The position numbers were made by a program, and so were the translations under genes. A stretch of 64,000 nt of DNA from contig OZ242311.1 of NCBI GenBank assembly GCA_965207885.1, forward strand, positions 1,184,001 through 1,248,000, read 5' to 3'. This stretch comes from Candidatus Latescibacterota bacterium. GTDB lineage: Bacteria > Latescibacterota > UBA2968. Positions 48,577 to 58,909 of the stretch are shown piece after piece. Position 1 is the first letter of the stretch. Every line of letters begins with the position of its first letter. The notes beneath the pieces are model-generated. The model did no database searches. It was given only the letters and a program-made list of their open reading frames with translations, and was not told the origin of the DNA.

Positions 48577-49602
48577 ATGGCATCTCTGGCACTTCAAGAT
48601 AGCATGGGCACTAAGGCATTGCCAGACGCGTCCGATTTTAAACGCGCGCTCGTGGACGTTTTATACCGAAGGCATTTTGGGGCATTGCTAATTTTTTGCA
48701 TTGATTCCCTCAATCAAGCACATAGGGACAATGTGAGCCAGGCGCTTAAAGTGCTAAATTCCGTTGTTATTCCCGCCCCCGAAAGCTTTCACATAACAGA
48801 TGACAAAATCGCCGTGCTTTTTGATGCTGACGATGCGCGTGTGCATGAAATCCCATCATCTCTGCCTGCCGTGATTGCCGACCAAACAGGACTTCGCGTA
48901 TCTTGCGGTGGCATCAAAATCTCGAGCGAGGATTATGGCCTGCATCCTCAAATGTCCGAGATAATATTTTCCACTGCCCAATGCGTACTCGCCCGGGCAC
49001 AACAGCACGCGATCCCGCAGGTGGTCTGGTTGACCGAAAAGTCCACGGAGGATGCATTATCGGATATTTCTCTGAACTTTTTTCGAGAAATTGCGCGTAT
49101 CAACGCCGCCCTGGTACAGAGAATGACATTGGAATCGCGCACAGATTTTTTGACAGGTCTTTACAATCGGCGCGGTTTTGAAGCAGTATTTACACGTATG
49201 GTGCGACGCGCAAATCGCAATGGAAAGCCCCTCGCGCTCTACTACATAGATTCTGATTCTCTCAAAGCGATCAACGACAGCAAAGGGCACGACGCGGGCG
49301 ACCGATTTATTGCAAATTTGGCACAGGTATTGAATGACATGCTACGCGGATCGGATTTGTTATCGAGGTGGGCTGGCGATGAATTTGCTGCAGTAGTTGA
49401 AAATACATCGAGAGCGCGTGCTTATGCGATAGCCCGCCGTTTGAACCGTGCTGTTGATGAGCGCACGGAAGGCACGATATCCATTGGGGTTTATCACGGC
49501 GTGCCCGAATCAACAGAAGACGCGTTTCGACAAGCAGATGCCGCCCTTTACCGCGTAAAAAACCGCGGGAAAAATGATATTGAACTGGCTGATCCGGTTT
49601 AG
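48577..49602 (+). CDS. GGDEF-domain protein (AGDEF variant)
   Basis: TDFLTGLYNRR, DSDSLKAINDSKGHDAGD, RWAGDEF, ADAALYRVKNRGKN. Confidence 0.88.
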   Translation: MASLALQDSMGTKALPDASDFKRALVDVLYRRHFGALLIFCIDSLNQAHRDNVSQALKVLNSVVIPAPESFHITDDKIAVLFDADDARVHEIPSSLPAVIADQTGLRVSCGGIKISSEDYGLHPQMSEIIFSTAQCVLARAQQHAIPQVVWLTEKSTEDALSDISLNFFREIARINAALVQRMTLESRTDFLTGLYNRRGFEAVFTRMVRRANRNGKPLALYYIDSDSLKAINDSKGHDAGDRFIANLAQVLNDMLRGSDLLSRWAGDEFAAVVENTSRARAYAIARRLNRAVDERTEGTISIGVYHGVPESTEDAFRQADAALYRVKNRGKNDIELADPV

Positions 49603-49674
49603 AAACCCGGAATGGGTTTGAATCGTCGTATTTAGTGTCCCCTCATTCGCCCGTTCATTTGAAGGAGAAGTGTT

Positions 49675-50220
49675 ATGCCAAAAAAGAAACGCTATGGAAT
49701 GAATAAATACCAGAAAAGAGCAAAGAAAGTAGGCGAACTTCGGTTGCGGCGGGAAGATATTCCGCATTATCTTGCACTGGCAGAGAGCGACGACCCGGCA
49801 GACCGACACGAGGCTGCTGCCAATTTGTGTCCGTGTCATGTGCGGCATCCCGTGCCCGAAATACAGACCGCGCTCTTCATGCTCATGGAAGACCCCGACC
49901 CAAACGTGCGCGCCCGCGCCTGGCACACGCTGGAAGATGGCGGCGTACCCGACGACCCGAGAATGGATGAAATTTTTGAACGCGCCCGTCAAAATGAAAC
50001 CAATAAGACAGTCCTGAACTTTATGCGACAGGTGCAAAACGAAAATCACGCGCACAAAGAACGCACCATGCTCAAAGTCGCAGCCCAATCGGAATACAAT
50101 CAGACTGGCCGATGCGATTTTTGCGGAACAACCGGCAGGGTAAAAACAGATTTTGACACCGAAATACCCGACAGGGGGCAGATGCGCTTTGCATTGGTAT
50201 GTGAAGATTGTGTAGCGTGA
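49675..50220 (+). CDS. HEAT-repeat protein with a CPCH motif and C-terminal Zn ribbon
   Basis: DDPADRHEAA and EDPDPNVRARA HEAT-like units; CPCH; CDFC...CEDC; AAGGAG RBS. Confidence 0.7.
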   Translation: MPKKKRYGMNKYQKRAKKVGELRLRREDIPHYLALAESDDPADRHEAAANLCPCHVRHPVPEIQTALFMLMEDPDPNVRARAWHTLEDGGVPDDPRMDEIFERARQNETNKTVLNFMRQVQNENHAHKERTMLKVAAQSEYNQTGRCDFCGTTGRVKTDFDTEIPDRGQMRFALVCEDCVA

Positions 50221-50226
50221 GAATGA

Positions 50227-50252
50227 GTAGGGGCGACCCCCTGTGGTCGCCC
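50227..50252 (+). repeat. GTAG-type REP-like palindrome
   Basis: GTAG followed by GGGCGACC-ccctgt-GGTCGCCC (perfect 8-bp stem). Confidence 0.7.
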
Positions 50253-50280
50253 ACTTTGCCAGTACCTGGATGAAGTGTTC

Positions 50281-50571
50281 ATGCAGTTGGATCCCAATTC
50301 AACAAAGGATTTTTTTATGATCGAAGGACCATCAGAAATTGAGTATCCGTGTTTATGGAATTTTAAGATCATTGGCCGCGAAGAAGAACACATGCGTCGG
50401 GCGATTGCCAAAATTGTGGGCGACAGCGATTATACCCTGACCTTTTCAAATCAGAGCAGGCACGGGAAGTATCGCAGCTTAAACCTCGATATGGTCGTCC
50501 TCGACGAATCCCACCGCCTCAATATCTATGAGGCTCTCAGACACCATCGCAGTATTCAGATTGTGCTTTAA
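50281..50571 (+). CDS. DUF493/YbeD-family protein
   Basis: IEYPCLWNFKIIG and SRHGKYRSL motifs. Confidence 0.85.
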   Translation: MQLDPNSTKDFFMIEGPSEIEYPCLWNFKIIGREEEHMRRAIAKIVGDSDYTLTFSNQSRHGKYRSLNLDMVVLDESHRLNIYEALRHHRSIQIVL

Positions 50572-50596
50572 ATCCGTCCGTTTTTCCTATTTTATC

Positions 50597-50625
50597 TTGA
50601 CAATCCACGCTATTTCTTGCACTAT
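50597..50625 (+). promoter_or_regulatory. Possible sigma70 promoter for oadGBA
   Basis: TTGACA, 17 bp spacer, CACTAT. Confidence 0.5.
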
Positions 50626-50715
50626 TTACGGCTTGCGATCCTCGCTTATTACGGTGCTGTCGTAGTGGAATTAAACAACCTCTACGATTGAGAGACCCCA
50701 CCCGTTGAGCTTCCT

Positions 50716-50979
50716 ATGTACAATTTTAACTTTAGCGTGCAGAATATTGAAGACGGTCAGGGCCTGGGCATTGCGCTGACCGGAATGATCATTGTATTCA
50801 GCGTATTGACATTGATCAGTGCATTTATTGTAATATTGCCCAAAATATTAGCTGTTGTAGCAAAGAAATTTCCCGAATCTGCAGGACATCATGGTGTACC
50901 CGTACAGGCTGAAGACGATAACTCTGCACTGGCAGCTATCGGTTTTGTCATGCACATGAGACGCACGGGTAAAACTTGA
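50716..50979 (+). CDS. oadG: Na+-translocating decarboxylase gamma subunit
   Basis: Single TM ALTGMIIVFSVLTLI, C-terminal ALAAIG; lies immediately before oadB. Confidence 0.8.
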   Translation: MYNFNFSVQNIEDGQGLGIALTGMIIVFSVLTLISAFIVILPKILAVVAKKFPESAGHHGVPVQAEDDNSALAAIGFVMHMRRTGKT

Positions 50980-51011
50980 CGCGATTACTCATAAGAACTT
51001 TCAGGTAACGG

Positions 51012-52139
51012 ATGGACATACTCTACGAGTTTTTGAACACGACTGGATTTGCCAACTTGAGTTGGGGCAATGTCATTATGATCGCAATCGGCATTGTATT
51101 TATTCACCTGGCGATCACCAGAGATTACGAACCCCTGTTGTTGCTGCCAATTGGTTTTGGCATGATCGTGGGAAACATCCCCGCTATTCCGAGCATGGCT
51201 CTCGGCGTTTACGACGAGGGCAGTGTATTGCGCTATATTTACTTCGGCGTGACATCGGGCTTATTCCCACCGCTGATTTTTTTGGGAATTGGCGCAATGA
51301 CCGATTTTTCGACACTCCTGTCCAATCCCAAACTGGTATTATTAGGCGCTGCGGCGCAAATGGGCATCTTCCTGACCCTGATCGGCGCGCTATATCTGGG
51401 ATTTTCACCTTCTGAATCTGGAGCCATCGGAATCATTGGCGGTGCTGATGGACCTACGGCCATTTTCCTATCGGCCAAATTGGCCCCTCATCTTTTGGGC
51501 GCCATTGCCATCGCCGCGTATTCGTACATGGCACTCGTCCCGGTAATTCAGCCGCCGGTTATGAAGCTGCTGACTTCAAGACGCGAACGACTGATTCGCA
51601 TGCCCGAACCGCGCAAACCTTCCAAACGCGAACGCATCATTTTTCCGATAGCTGGCTTCTTAATTGCAACCTTAATTGCACCGGGTGCATTGACCCTGCT
51701 GGGCATGTTGTTTTTTGGCAACTTGCTAAAAGAGAGCATGGTCACAGACCGCTTGGCAGAGTCCGCGCGCACGGCAATGGTCGATATTGTGACAATTTTG
51801 CTCGGTTTCTCCGTGGGCGCCAGCACAGAGGCACAGACATTTTTGACCCCCGATTCGCTTTTGATTTTTGGCCTGGGTGCGCTATCTTTTGCAGTCGCCA
51901 CGGCCAGCGGCGTCCTATTTGCTAAATTGATGAACGTGTTGACAAAAGAAAAAATCAATCCCCTCGTAGGTGCCGCAGGCGTATCGGCAGTTCCCGACTC
52001 CGCACGGGTCGTGCAGATGGTGGGGCAACAAGAAGACGCACATAATTTTTTGTTAATGCACGCCATGGCACCCAATGTGGCTGGCGTGATCGGCTCAGCC
52101 GTTGCCGCGGGGATCTTGTGGTCGGTACTGGTTCAGTAA
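51012..52139 (+). CDS. oadB: Na+-translocating decarboxylase beta subunit
   Basis: EPLLLLPIGFG, IGIIGGADGPT, AAYSYMALVP, MAPNVAGVIGSAVAAG. Confidence 0.95.
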   Translation: MDILYEFLNTTGFANLSWGNVIMIAIGIVFIHLAITRDYEPLLLLPIGFGMIVGNIPAIPSMALGVYDEGSVLRYIYFGVTSGLFPPLIFLGIGAMTDFSTLLSNPKLVLLGAAAQMGIFLTLIGALYLGFSPSESGAIGIIGGADGPTAIFLSAKLAPHLLGAIAIAAYSYMALVPVIQPPVMKLLTSRRERLIRMPEPRKPSKRERIIFPIAGFLIATLIAPGALTLLGMLFFGNLLKESMVTDRLAESARTAMVDIVTILLGFSVGASTEAQTFLTPDSLLIFGLGALSFAVATASGVLFAKLMNVLTKEKINPLVGAAGVSAVPDSARVVQMVGQQEDAHNFLLMHAMAPNVAGVIGSAVAAGILWSVLVQ

Positions 52140-52160
52140 GCTTGGCGAAGGATTTTAATT

Positions 52161-53951
52161 ATGGCAAAGAAAAAAGTAATATTTATGAATACAGCATTTC
52201 GCGATGGCTTCCAGTCGGTCTATGGCGCGCGCGTGTTCACGCCCGACTTTTTACCTGCGGTAGAAGCCGCACGCGACGCGGGGATTGATTATTACGAAGC
52301 CGGAGGCGGAGCGCGATTTCAATCCCTGTACTTTTATTGCAACGAAGATGCGTTTGCAATGACCGATGCATTCCGAGAAGCCGCAGGACCAGAGGCCAAT
52401 TTGCAGACCCTGGCCCGCGGCGTGAATGTAGTGGGATTGGAATCGCAGTCGAGCGACATCATCAAGCTGCACGCCGAACTGTTTAAAAAACACGGCATTA
52501 CGACCATCCGAAATTTTGATGCCCTCAACGACGTCAACAATTTGATCTACAGCGGGCAATGCATTGCAGAAGCGGGATTGCACCACCAGGTATGCGTGAC
52601 ATTGATGGAATTGCCACCCGGATGCACCGGCGCACACGACGCGGATTTTTATGAACAAACACTCCGCGAAATTTTAGATGCCGATATTCCATATCACTCC
52701 GTGTGTTTCAAAGATGCCTCAGGTACAGCCGTGCCGGCAAAAGTATATGAGACCATTAAACGGGCGCGCCAACTGCTGCCCGACGACACATTTATCCACT
52801 TTCACACCCATGAAACGGCCGGGATCAGCGTACAGGCCAATCTGGCAGCGTTGGAAGCGGGAGCCGATGCCATAGACCTGTCCCTGGCACCGTGTTCTGG
52901 AGGCACCTGCCAGCCCGATATCCTGGTAATGTGGCACGCACTACGTGGCACAGATTACGACCTGGACATCGACATAGAGAAAGTCCGCGACGCCGAGGAA
53001 GTATTTAAAGAATGCATGGCGGATTACTTTTTGCCACCAGAAGCTACGGCAGTCGAACCCATGATCCCCTGGAGTCCCATGCCGGGTGGCGCGCTCACGG
53101 CCAATACGCAGATGTTGCGAGACAATGGCATTATGGACAAATATCCCGACATGATCAAAGCCATGGGCGACGTAGTCGCACGAGGCGGTTTTGGCACATC
53201 TGTCACACCCGTATCGCAATTCTATTTTCAACAGGCATTTAACAATGTGATGTTTGGACCCTGGGAAAGAATCGCCGAACCTTATGGACAGATGGTACTC
53301 GGCTATTTTGGCAAAACCCCTGTACCCCCCGACCCCGAAATTGTGAAAATTGCGGCAAATCAGTTGGGACTTGAACCCACAGACCAGCCGCCTCTTGAAC
53401 GCAATGATGCCGATCCCGAAAAAGGGAGAGACGCCGCGAAGAAACTGTTGGACGCCGAGAGAATTGAGGCGACGGACGAGAACATCTTTATCGTAGCGAC
53501 GTGCGGCGATAAGGGAATGGATTTCTTGAAAGGCAATGCGGAAATTGGCGTACGGAAAATAGAAAAACAGGATGACGCACCCGTGCCAGTTGCCGACGGC
53601 GCAGCAGAATACAAGCTACAGGTCAACGGCAAATCCGTGCGCGTGCAAATCGACGGCAACATCGCCACCGTAAATGGCACAGCTTATACAGTGGATATAG
53701 AAGATACGGTATCTACACAGGTATCAACACCCGCAAATGCCGAATCCGTAAGCGCGCAAATGCCCGGAAAAGTCATTCGGATTTTAAAACACACAGGGGA
53801 TCAAGTCCAGGCCGGCGAAGCGATCCTCATTCTGGAAGCCATGAAAATGGAAGTCCAGATCACCTCTCCAAATGCTGGCACAGTCGTCGAAATGCCCGTC
53901 AACGTCGGCGATCAAGTATCCAATGGCCAGACGCTTGCGATGGTAGGGTAA
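52161..53951 (+). CDS. oadA: Oxaloacetate decarboxylase alpha subunit (carboxyltransferase plus biotinyl domain)
   Basis: RDGFQS, HTHETAG, MPGG, VTPVSQ, biotin attachment site EAMKM. Confidence 0.9.
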   Translation: MAKKKVIFMNTAFRDGFQSVYGARVFTPDFLPAVEAARDAGIDYYEAGGGARFQSLYFYCNEDAFAMTDAFREAAGPEANLQTLARGVNVVGLESQSSDIIKLHAELFKKHGITTIRNFDALNDVNNLIYSGQCIAEAGLHHQVCVTLMELPPGCTGAHDADFYEQTLREILDADIPYHSVCFKDASGTAVPAKVYETIKRARQLLPDDTFIHFHTHETAGISVQANLAALEAGADAIDLSLAPCSGGTCQPDILVMWHALRGTDYDLDIDIEKVRDAEEVFKECMADYFLPPEATAVEPMIPWSPMPGGALTANTQMLRDNGIMDKYPDMIKAMGDVVARGGFGTSVTPVSQFYFQQAFNNVMFGPWERIAEPYGQMVLGYFGKTPVPPDPEIVKIAANQLGLEPTDQPPLERNDADPEKGRDAAKKLLDAERIEATDENIFIVATCGDKGMDFLKGNAEIGVRKIEKQDDAPVPVADGAAEYKLQVNGKSVRVQIDGNIATVNGTAYTVDIEDTVSTQVSTPANAESVSAQMPGKVIRILKHTGDQVQAGEAILILEAMKMEVQITSPNAGTVVEMPVNVGDQVSNGQTLAMVG

Positions 53952-53961
53952 AACGCCTCCC

Positions 53962-54705
53962 TTAAATCGCCGCGACATCGCCTGCCCAAATCTCACTCAC
54001 CTGACCATCTGGCTCGCGTAACAAAAGCTGGCCGCAGTCGCCAAACCCCGCGAGAACGCCCGTTTTCACGTCATCGCCTTCGCCAACCGAAATCTCCTCA
54101 CCAATATAAACACAGCGGTGCTCCCATGCGGTGCGAAGAGCTGGAAAACCCTCGCTTTCCCAACGATCAATCCACGGGGCAGTGGATGAGAGAACTTGTT
54201 CGAGAACTTGTTCGAGATCGTACTCGCGTCCCGTTTCAAGACGCATAGAAGTAACGGGACGGTCGATAAGCGCCGCGGTCGTCGCATCCATATTCACGTT
54301 GAGACCAATACCAATGACAATTGCCGTACCATCGGGTTGTTTTTTGTCGCTGCGCTCAAGGAGCATACCGCAAATTTTGGCACCGTCGATCAAAACATCG
54401 TTGGGCCACTTGGTTTGCGTACTTATACCATAAATTTTCAGCGCATCGGATACACCCAGAGAAATAGCAATGGGAATAGAAGTCAATTGGGAAAACGCGG
54501 CTCTTGTAATGAGAAGAAAGGAAAACGTCAGATTCTCATTGGCCTGCGCGATCCATTGGCGCTGGTAACGCCCCCGCCCAGCAGTTTGCTCCCGCGCAGC
54601 CAGGACAAAGCCAGACGCAAGCCTCTCACCTCTATATAGACGCTGAAGAAGGTGCGTATTGGTCGAAGCGAGTTGCTCGTGCCATTCGGGGGGTAGAAAA
54701 TTCAT
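53962..54705 (-). CDS. birA: Biotin-protein ligase (no N-terminal HTH)
   Basis: STN, QTAGRGR, KWPNDV, KICGML, GIGLNV. Confidence 0.93.
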   Translation of the reverse strand: MNFLPPEWHEQLASTNTHLLQRLYRGERLASGFVLAAREQTAGRGRYQRQWIAQANENLTFSFLLITRAAFSQLTSIPIAISLGVSDALKIYGISTQTKWPNDVLIDGAKICGMLLERSDKKQPDGTAIVIGIGLNVNMDATTAALIDRPVTSMRLETGREYDLEQVLEQVLSSTAPWIDRWESEGFPALRTAWEHRCVYIGEEISVGEGDDVKTGVLAGFGDCGQLLLREPDGQVSEIWAGDVAAI

Positions 54706-54779
54706 ATAATAAAACCTGATCTCGTATGCTTAAGTCTATCTCATAGGACAGAACCCGTATATCTCCTCACCACCGTATC

Positions 54780-54808
54780 TTGACAATAGAATGGAAATAA
54801 CACATACT
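54780..54808 (+). promoter_or_regulatory. Sigma70-type promoter for the yej operon
   Basis: TTGACA, 17 bp spacer, CATACT. Confidence 0.6.
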
Positions 54809-54883
54809 TCACAAGGGCAGACGTAGAGGCAAAACTGTGTATCTGCCCTCTTTCTTGAACATTTTAACAATAGGAGCCTGCTC

Positions 54884-56716
54884 ATGAAAACTATTTTATT
54901 CGCGCTGGTATTGAGTTTGTTGGTTGTCGCAATGCCATTGGCAGATCAGCCCAATTACAAGGGTCACGCGATTTCGATGTACGGCGACTTAAAATACGGG
55001 CCTGACTTCAAGCACTTCGACTATGCCAACCCCAATGCGCCCAAGGGCGGTACCGTGAAAAGGAGTGCCGGCGGCACCTATGATTGCTTGAATCAATTCA
55101 TCCTCAAAGGCGTGTCGGCTTATGGCTTGGGGTTGATCTACGATTCATTGACAGAGCGTTCACTGGACGAGCCTTTCTCGGAATACGGTTTGCTTGCAGA
55201 GTCGATAGAAGTGCCCCCTGACCGCTCATGGACACTCTTCACACTGCGCTCTGGCGCGCGGTGGCACGATGGCAAACCCATTACTCCAGAAGATGTCGTC
55301 TTTACTTTTGAAACAATTCAAACCAAAGGCCACCCTTTTTATCGAAATTATTATGCGGATATCAAACAGATTGAAAAGGTTGGCGACCGGCAGGTAAAAT
55401 TCACATTTGGCGGAAAGGACAATCGGGAATTGCCCCTCATTGTCGGACAAATGGCGATCTTGCCCAAACACTATTGGGAAGGCAAAAATTTTGAAGAAAC
55501 AACACTGGAACCGCCCCTCGGCAGCGGACCTTACAAAATTGAAGCACATGAACCCGGGCGTTCGATCACATATCGGCGCGTCGAAAATTATTGGGGCACT
55601 GATCTGTCCATAAAAAAAGGGCGCTATAATCCAGACGTCATTCACTACGATTATTACAAAGACAGTACCGTAGCAACCGAAGCACAAAAAGGCGGTGAAT
55701 TTGATTTTGCATTGCAAAACAACTCCAAGTCGTGGGCAACCGCGTACGATATTCCGGCTGTAGCCGAAGGCAGACTGATTAAGGAATTAATCCCACACGA
55801 AAATGGCACCGGGATGCAGGGATTCTGGTTTAACACACGACGCAGCAAATTTGCCGACCCCAAAGTGCGACACGCGCTGGCTCATGCATTTGATTTTGAA
55901 TGGACCAATACAAATCTGTTCTACGGGCAATACGCGCGTTCAACGAGTTATTTTTCCAACACAGAACTCGCCTCATCGGGACTGCTCCAGGGGCAGGAAC
56001 TCGAAATATTAGAAGCATTTCGCGGACAGATACCCGAAGAAGTATTCACCTCAGAATACAAACCACCCACAACAGATGGATCGGGCAATATTCGCCAGAA
56101 TTTGCGCGTGGCCACACGGATGTTGAAAGCAGCCGGATGGTCGGTCAAAGAAGGGAAGCTCACCAACGATGCATCGGGCGAGACAATGATAATTGAATTT
56201 TTAATCAACAACTCGCCCTCCTGGGAGCGCATTGTAGGACCGTACATTCAAAACCTGGAGCGACTCGGCGTAGAAGCGGCAATTAAAATTGTGGATACAT
56301 CGCAATATCAAAATCGCATTCAAGAATACGATTTTGATGCTATTGTAAGCCTCAGAGGACAATCGCTAAGCCCCGGCAACGAACAGCGCAATTACTGGAC
56401 ATCGGCAGCTGCGGATGAACCCGGTACGAGAAATTACGCGGGCATCAAAGACCCCGTCGTAGATACCTTGATAGATCAGCTAATCAACGCACCCGATAGA
56501 AAAACCCTCGTATCGACCACCCGCGCACTGGACCGCGTCCTCCTGTGGGGTCACTATGTGGTACCGCACTGGCATATCCGCGCACACCGCGTGGTGTACT
56601 GGAACAAGTTCGGCAAACCCGATATTTCGCCCAGGTACCTGCCGCAACCCTGGCAATATTTCCCCGATACGTGGTGGGTTGATGCTACAAAAGAAGAGGC
56701 CTTAAAGAAAAATTAA
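54884..56716 (+). CDS. yejA: Peptide/microcin C ABC transporter substrate-binding protein
   Basis: Signal peptide; [53 protein letters not shown]. Confidence 0.9.
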   Translation: MKTILFALVLSLLVVAMPLADQPNYKGHAISMYGDLKYGPDFKHFDYANPNAPKGGTVKRSAGGTYDCLNQFILKGVSAYGLGLIYDSLTERSLDEPFSEYGLLAESIEVPPDRSWTLFTLRSGARWHDGKPITPEDVVFTFETIQTKGHPFYRNYYADIKQIEKVGDRQVKFTFGGKDNRELPLIVGQMAILPKHYWEGKNFEETTLEPPLGSGPYKIEAHEPGRSITYRRVENYWGTDLSIKKGRYNPDVIHYDYYKDSTVATEAQKGGEFDFALQNNSKSWATAYDIPAVAEGRLIKELIPHENGTGMQGFWFNTRRSKFADPKVRHALAHAFDFEWTNTNLFYGQYARSTSYFSNTELASSGLLQGQELEILEAFRGQIPEEVFTSEYKPPTTDGSGNIRQNLRVATRMLKAAGWSVKEGKLTNDASGETMIIEFLINNSPSWERIVGPYIQNLERLGVEAAIKIVDTSQYQNRIQEYDFDAIVSLRGQSLSPGNEQRNYWTSAAADEPGTRNYAGIKDPVVDTLIDQLINAPDRKTLVSTTRALDRVLLWGHYVVPHWHIRAHRVVYWNKFGKPDISPRYLPQPWQYFPDTWWVDATKEEALKKN

Positions 56717-56721
56717 GTGTC

Positions 56722-57828
56722 ATGGGATCCTATATTTTAAGACGCTTTTTGCTATTCTTCCCAACGCTACTCGGCGTCATGGTGATCAATTTTCTGATCA
56801 TTCAAGCCGCGCCTGGCGGGCCTGTTGAGCAAGCCATCGCACAGATACAGGGCCACGATGTGGATGCGTCTGCCCGCGTAGGCGGCGATGGCGGCGAACT
56901 ATCCTCATCTCAAATCCAGCGACAGCGCAGTGGGGGATCAACGAGCAAATACCGCGGCGCGCAGGGGCTTGACCCCGAACTAATCGCGGAATTGGAGCGG
57001 ATGTATGGCTTTGACAAACCGGCTCATGAACGCTTCTATCAGATGATGGTGCGCTATTTGCAATTCGACTTTGGCGAAAGTTTTTATCGCGACCAAACCG
57101 TTATCGATATCGTCCTGGACAAAATGCCCGTATCGATTTCCCTCGGCTTGTGGACGACATTACTCGTTTACTTGATCTCGATTCCACTGGGCGTAACCAA
57201 AGCCGTGCGCGACGGATCCAGATTCGACATATGGACTTCGGGCGTGATCGTCATAGGCAATGCCGTGCCGGGATTTATGTTTGCGATCTTCTTAATCGTG
57301 TTATTTGCCGGTGGCAGTTATTTCGACTTTTTTCCACTGCGGGGATTGACCTCCCCCGAATGGGACCAGTTTGGCTTATTTCACAAAATCACCGATTATT
57401 TCTGGCACCTCGCACTGCCCATCGCATCCATGGTAATTGGTGGATTTGCCGGATTGACCCTCTTGACAAAAAATTCGTTTCTGGACGAAATCAACAAACA
57501 ATACGTCATGACGGCACGGGCAAAGGGATTGGAAGAGCACCGCGTATTGTACGGGCACGTTTTTCGCAATGCCATGCTAATCGTGATCGCGGGATTCCCG
57601 AGTGCATTTGTCAACATCTTATTCACGGGTTCACTACTGACCGAGATAATCTTTTCGCTCGATGGCCTGGGCCTCCTGGGCTATGAAGCCACAGTCAACC
57701 GCGATTACCCGATCATGTTTGCCACGCTTTACTTTTTTACCTTGCTGGGATTGATAATGCAACTGGTAAGTGACTTGACTTATACACTGATAGATCCGAG
57801 GATTGATTTTGAAAGCAGAGAAGTATAG
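56722..57828 (+). CDS. yejB: ABC transporter permease
   Basis: [45 protein letters not shown]. Confidence 0.92.
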   Translation: MGSYILRRFLLFFPTLLGVMVINFLIIQAAPGGPVEQAIAQIQGHDVDASARVGGDGGELSSSQIQRQRSGGSTSKYRGAQGLDPELIAELERMYGFDKPAHERFYQMMVRYLQFDFGESFYRDQTVIDIVLDKMPVSISLGLWTTLLVYLISIPLGVTKAVRDGSRFDIWTSGVIVIGNAVPGFMFAIFLIVLFAGGSYFDFFPLRGLTSPEWDQFGLFHKITDYFWHLALPIASMVIGGFAGLTLLTKNSFLDEINKQYVMTARAKGLEEHRVLYGHVFRNAMLIVIAGFPSAFVNILFTGSLLTEIIFSLDGLGLLGYEATVNRDYPIMFATLYFFTLLGLIMQLVSDLTYTLIDPRIDFESREV

Positions 57829-58909
57829 CACTCGAACCGAGCGCGAAGATCGATTTTTGGGTTTTCGAATTTCGAGCCTTACGCGCCGACGCCTGGACAA
57901 TTTTAGGGCAAATCGACGTGGCTATTATAGCCTGTGGATATTTCTCGTTCTATTCGGATTGAGCCTACCAGCAGAATTTATCGCCAATGACAAACCCCTT
58001 TTGGTCCGGCACAAGGGGGCGTTTTATTTGCCCGTCTTAAAAGCCTATCCCGAAACGCTTTTTGGCGGCGACTTTGAAACCGAAGCCGAGTACCGCGATC
58101 CATTTGTAAAAGAATTAATTGAAAAAGACGGATGGATCATCTGGCCCCTGGTACCATTTCGCTACGATACAATCAACTACGACCTCAAGCACCCAGCCCC
58201 TGCACCGCCTTCTATACAAAACTATCTGGGCACCGATGATCAGGCACGCGATGTAACTGCACGATTGATCTACGGATTTCGGTTATCGGTCTTATTTGCC
58301 CTCGCGCTCACGGCATTTAGTTCTGTGGTAGGCATTGCAGCCGGCGCAGTACAGGGCTATCTGGGAGGATGGGTCGATCTCATTTTTCAAAGATTTATCG
58401 AAATTTGGGGCGGGTTACCAACCCTGTTTATCCTCATTATTATCGCCAGCATTATTGAGCCAACTTTCTGGACGCTCTTAATTATTATGCTACTATTTTC
58501 ATGGATGCGCCTGGTCGGCGTGGTGCGAGCCGAATTTTTGCGGGCACGCAATTTTGATTTTGTACGCGCCGCACGCGCTCTGGGAGTCAATGACTTGACA
58601 ATTATGTGGCGACACGTTTTGCCCAATGCCATGGTGGCAACACTGACCTTCTTGCCCTTTGTGCTCGTGGGATCTGTCACGGTATTGACCTCGCTGGACT
58701 TTCTCGGTTTTGGCCTTCCGCCCCCCTCTCCCTCGCTGGGAGAATTGCTCAACCAAGGCAAACGCAATCTGCAGGCCCCCTGGCTGGGTCTATCCGGATT
58801 TTTTATTCTTGCAATTATGTTATCGCTACTCGTATTTATCGGCGAGGCCGTGCGCGATGCATTTGATGTCCGCAAGACCCTGTCGCAAACGGAGGGCAAG
58901 AGCGCGTGA
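57803..58909 (+). CDS. yejE: ABC transporter permease (start uncertain)
   Basis: [38 protein letters not shown]. Confidence 0.9.
   Translation: MILKAEKYSTRTEREDRFLGFRISSLTRRRLDNFRANRRGYYSLWIFLVLFGLSLPAEFIANDKPLLVRHKGAFYLPVLKAYPETLFGGDFETEAEYRDPFVKELIEKDGWIIWPLVPFRYDTINYDLKHPAPAPPSIQNYLGTDDQARDVTARLIYGFRLSVLFALALTAFSSVVGIAAGAVQGYLGGWVDLIFQRFIEIWGGLPTLFILIIIASIIEPTFWTLLIIMLLFSWMRLVGVVRAEFLRARNFDFVRAARALGVNDLTIMWRHVLPNAMVATLTFLPFVLVGSVTVLTSLDFLGFGLPPPSPSLGELLNQGKRNLQAPWLGLSGFFILAIMLSLLVFIGEAVRDAFDVRKTLSQTEGKSA

Noticed and set aside
54190-54216. 12-bp tandem repeat GAGAACTTGTTC x2 in birA
   Set aside because: An in-frame micro-duplication (LEQVLEQVL) with only two units; not an array.
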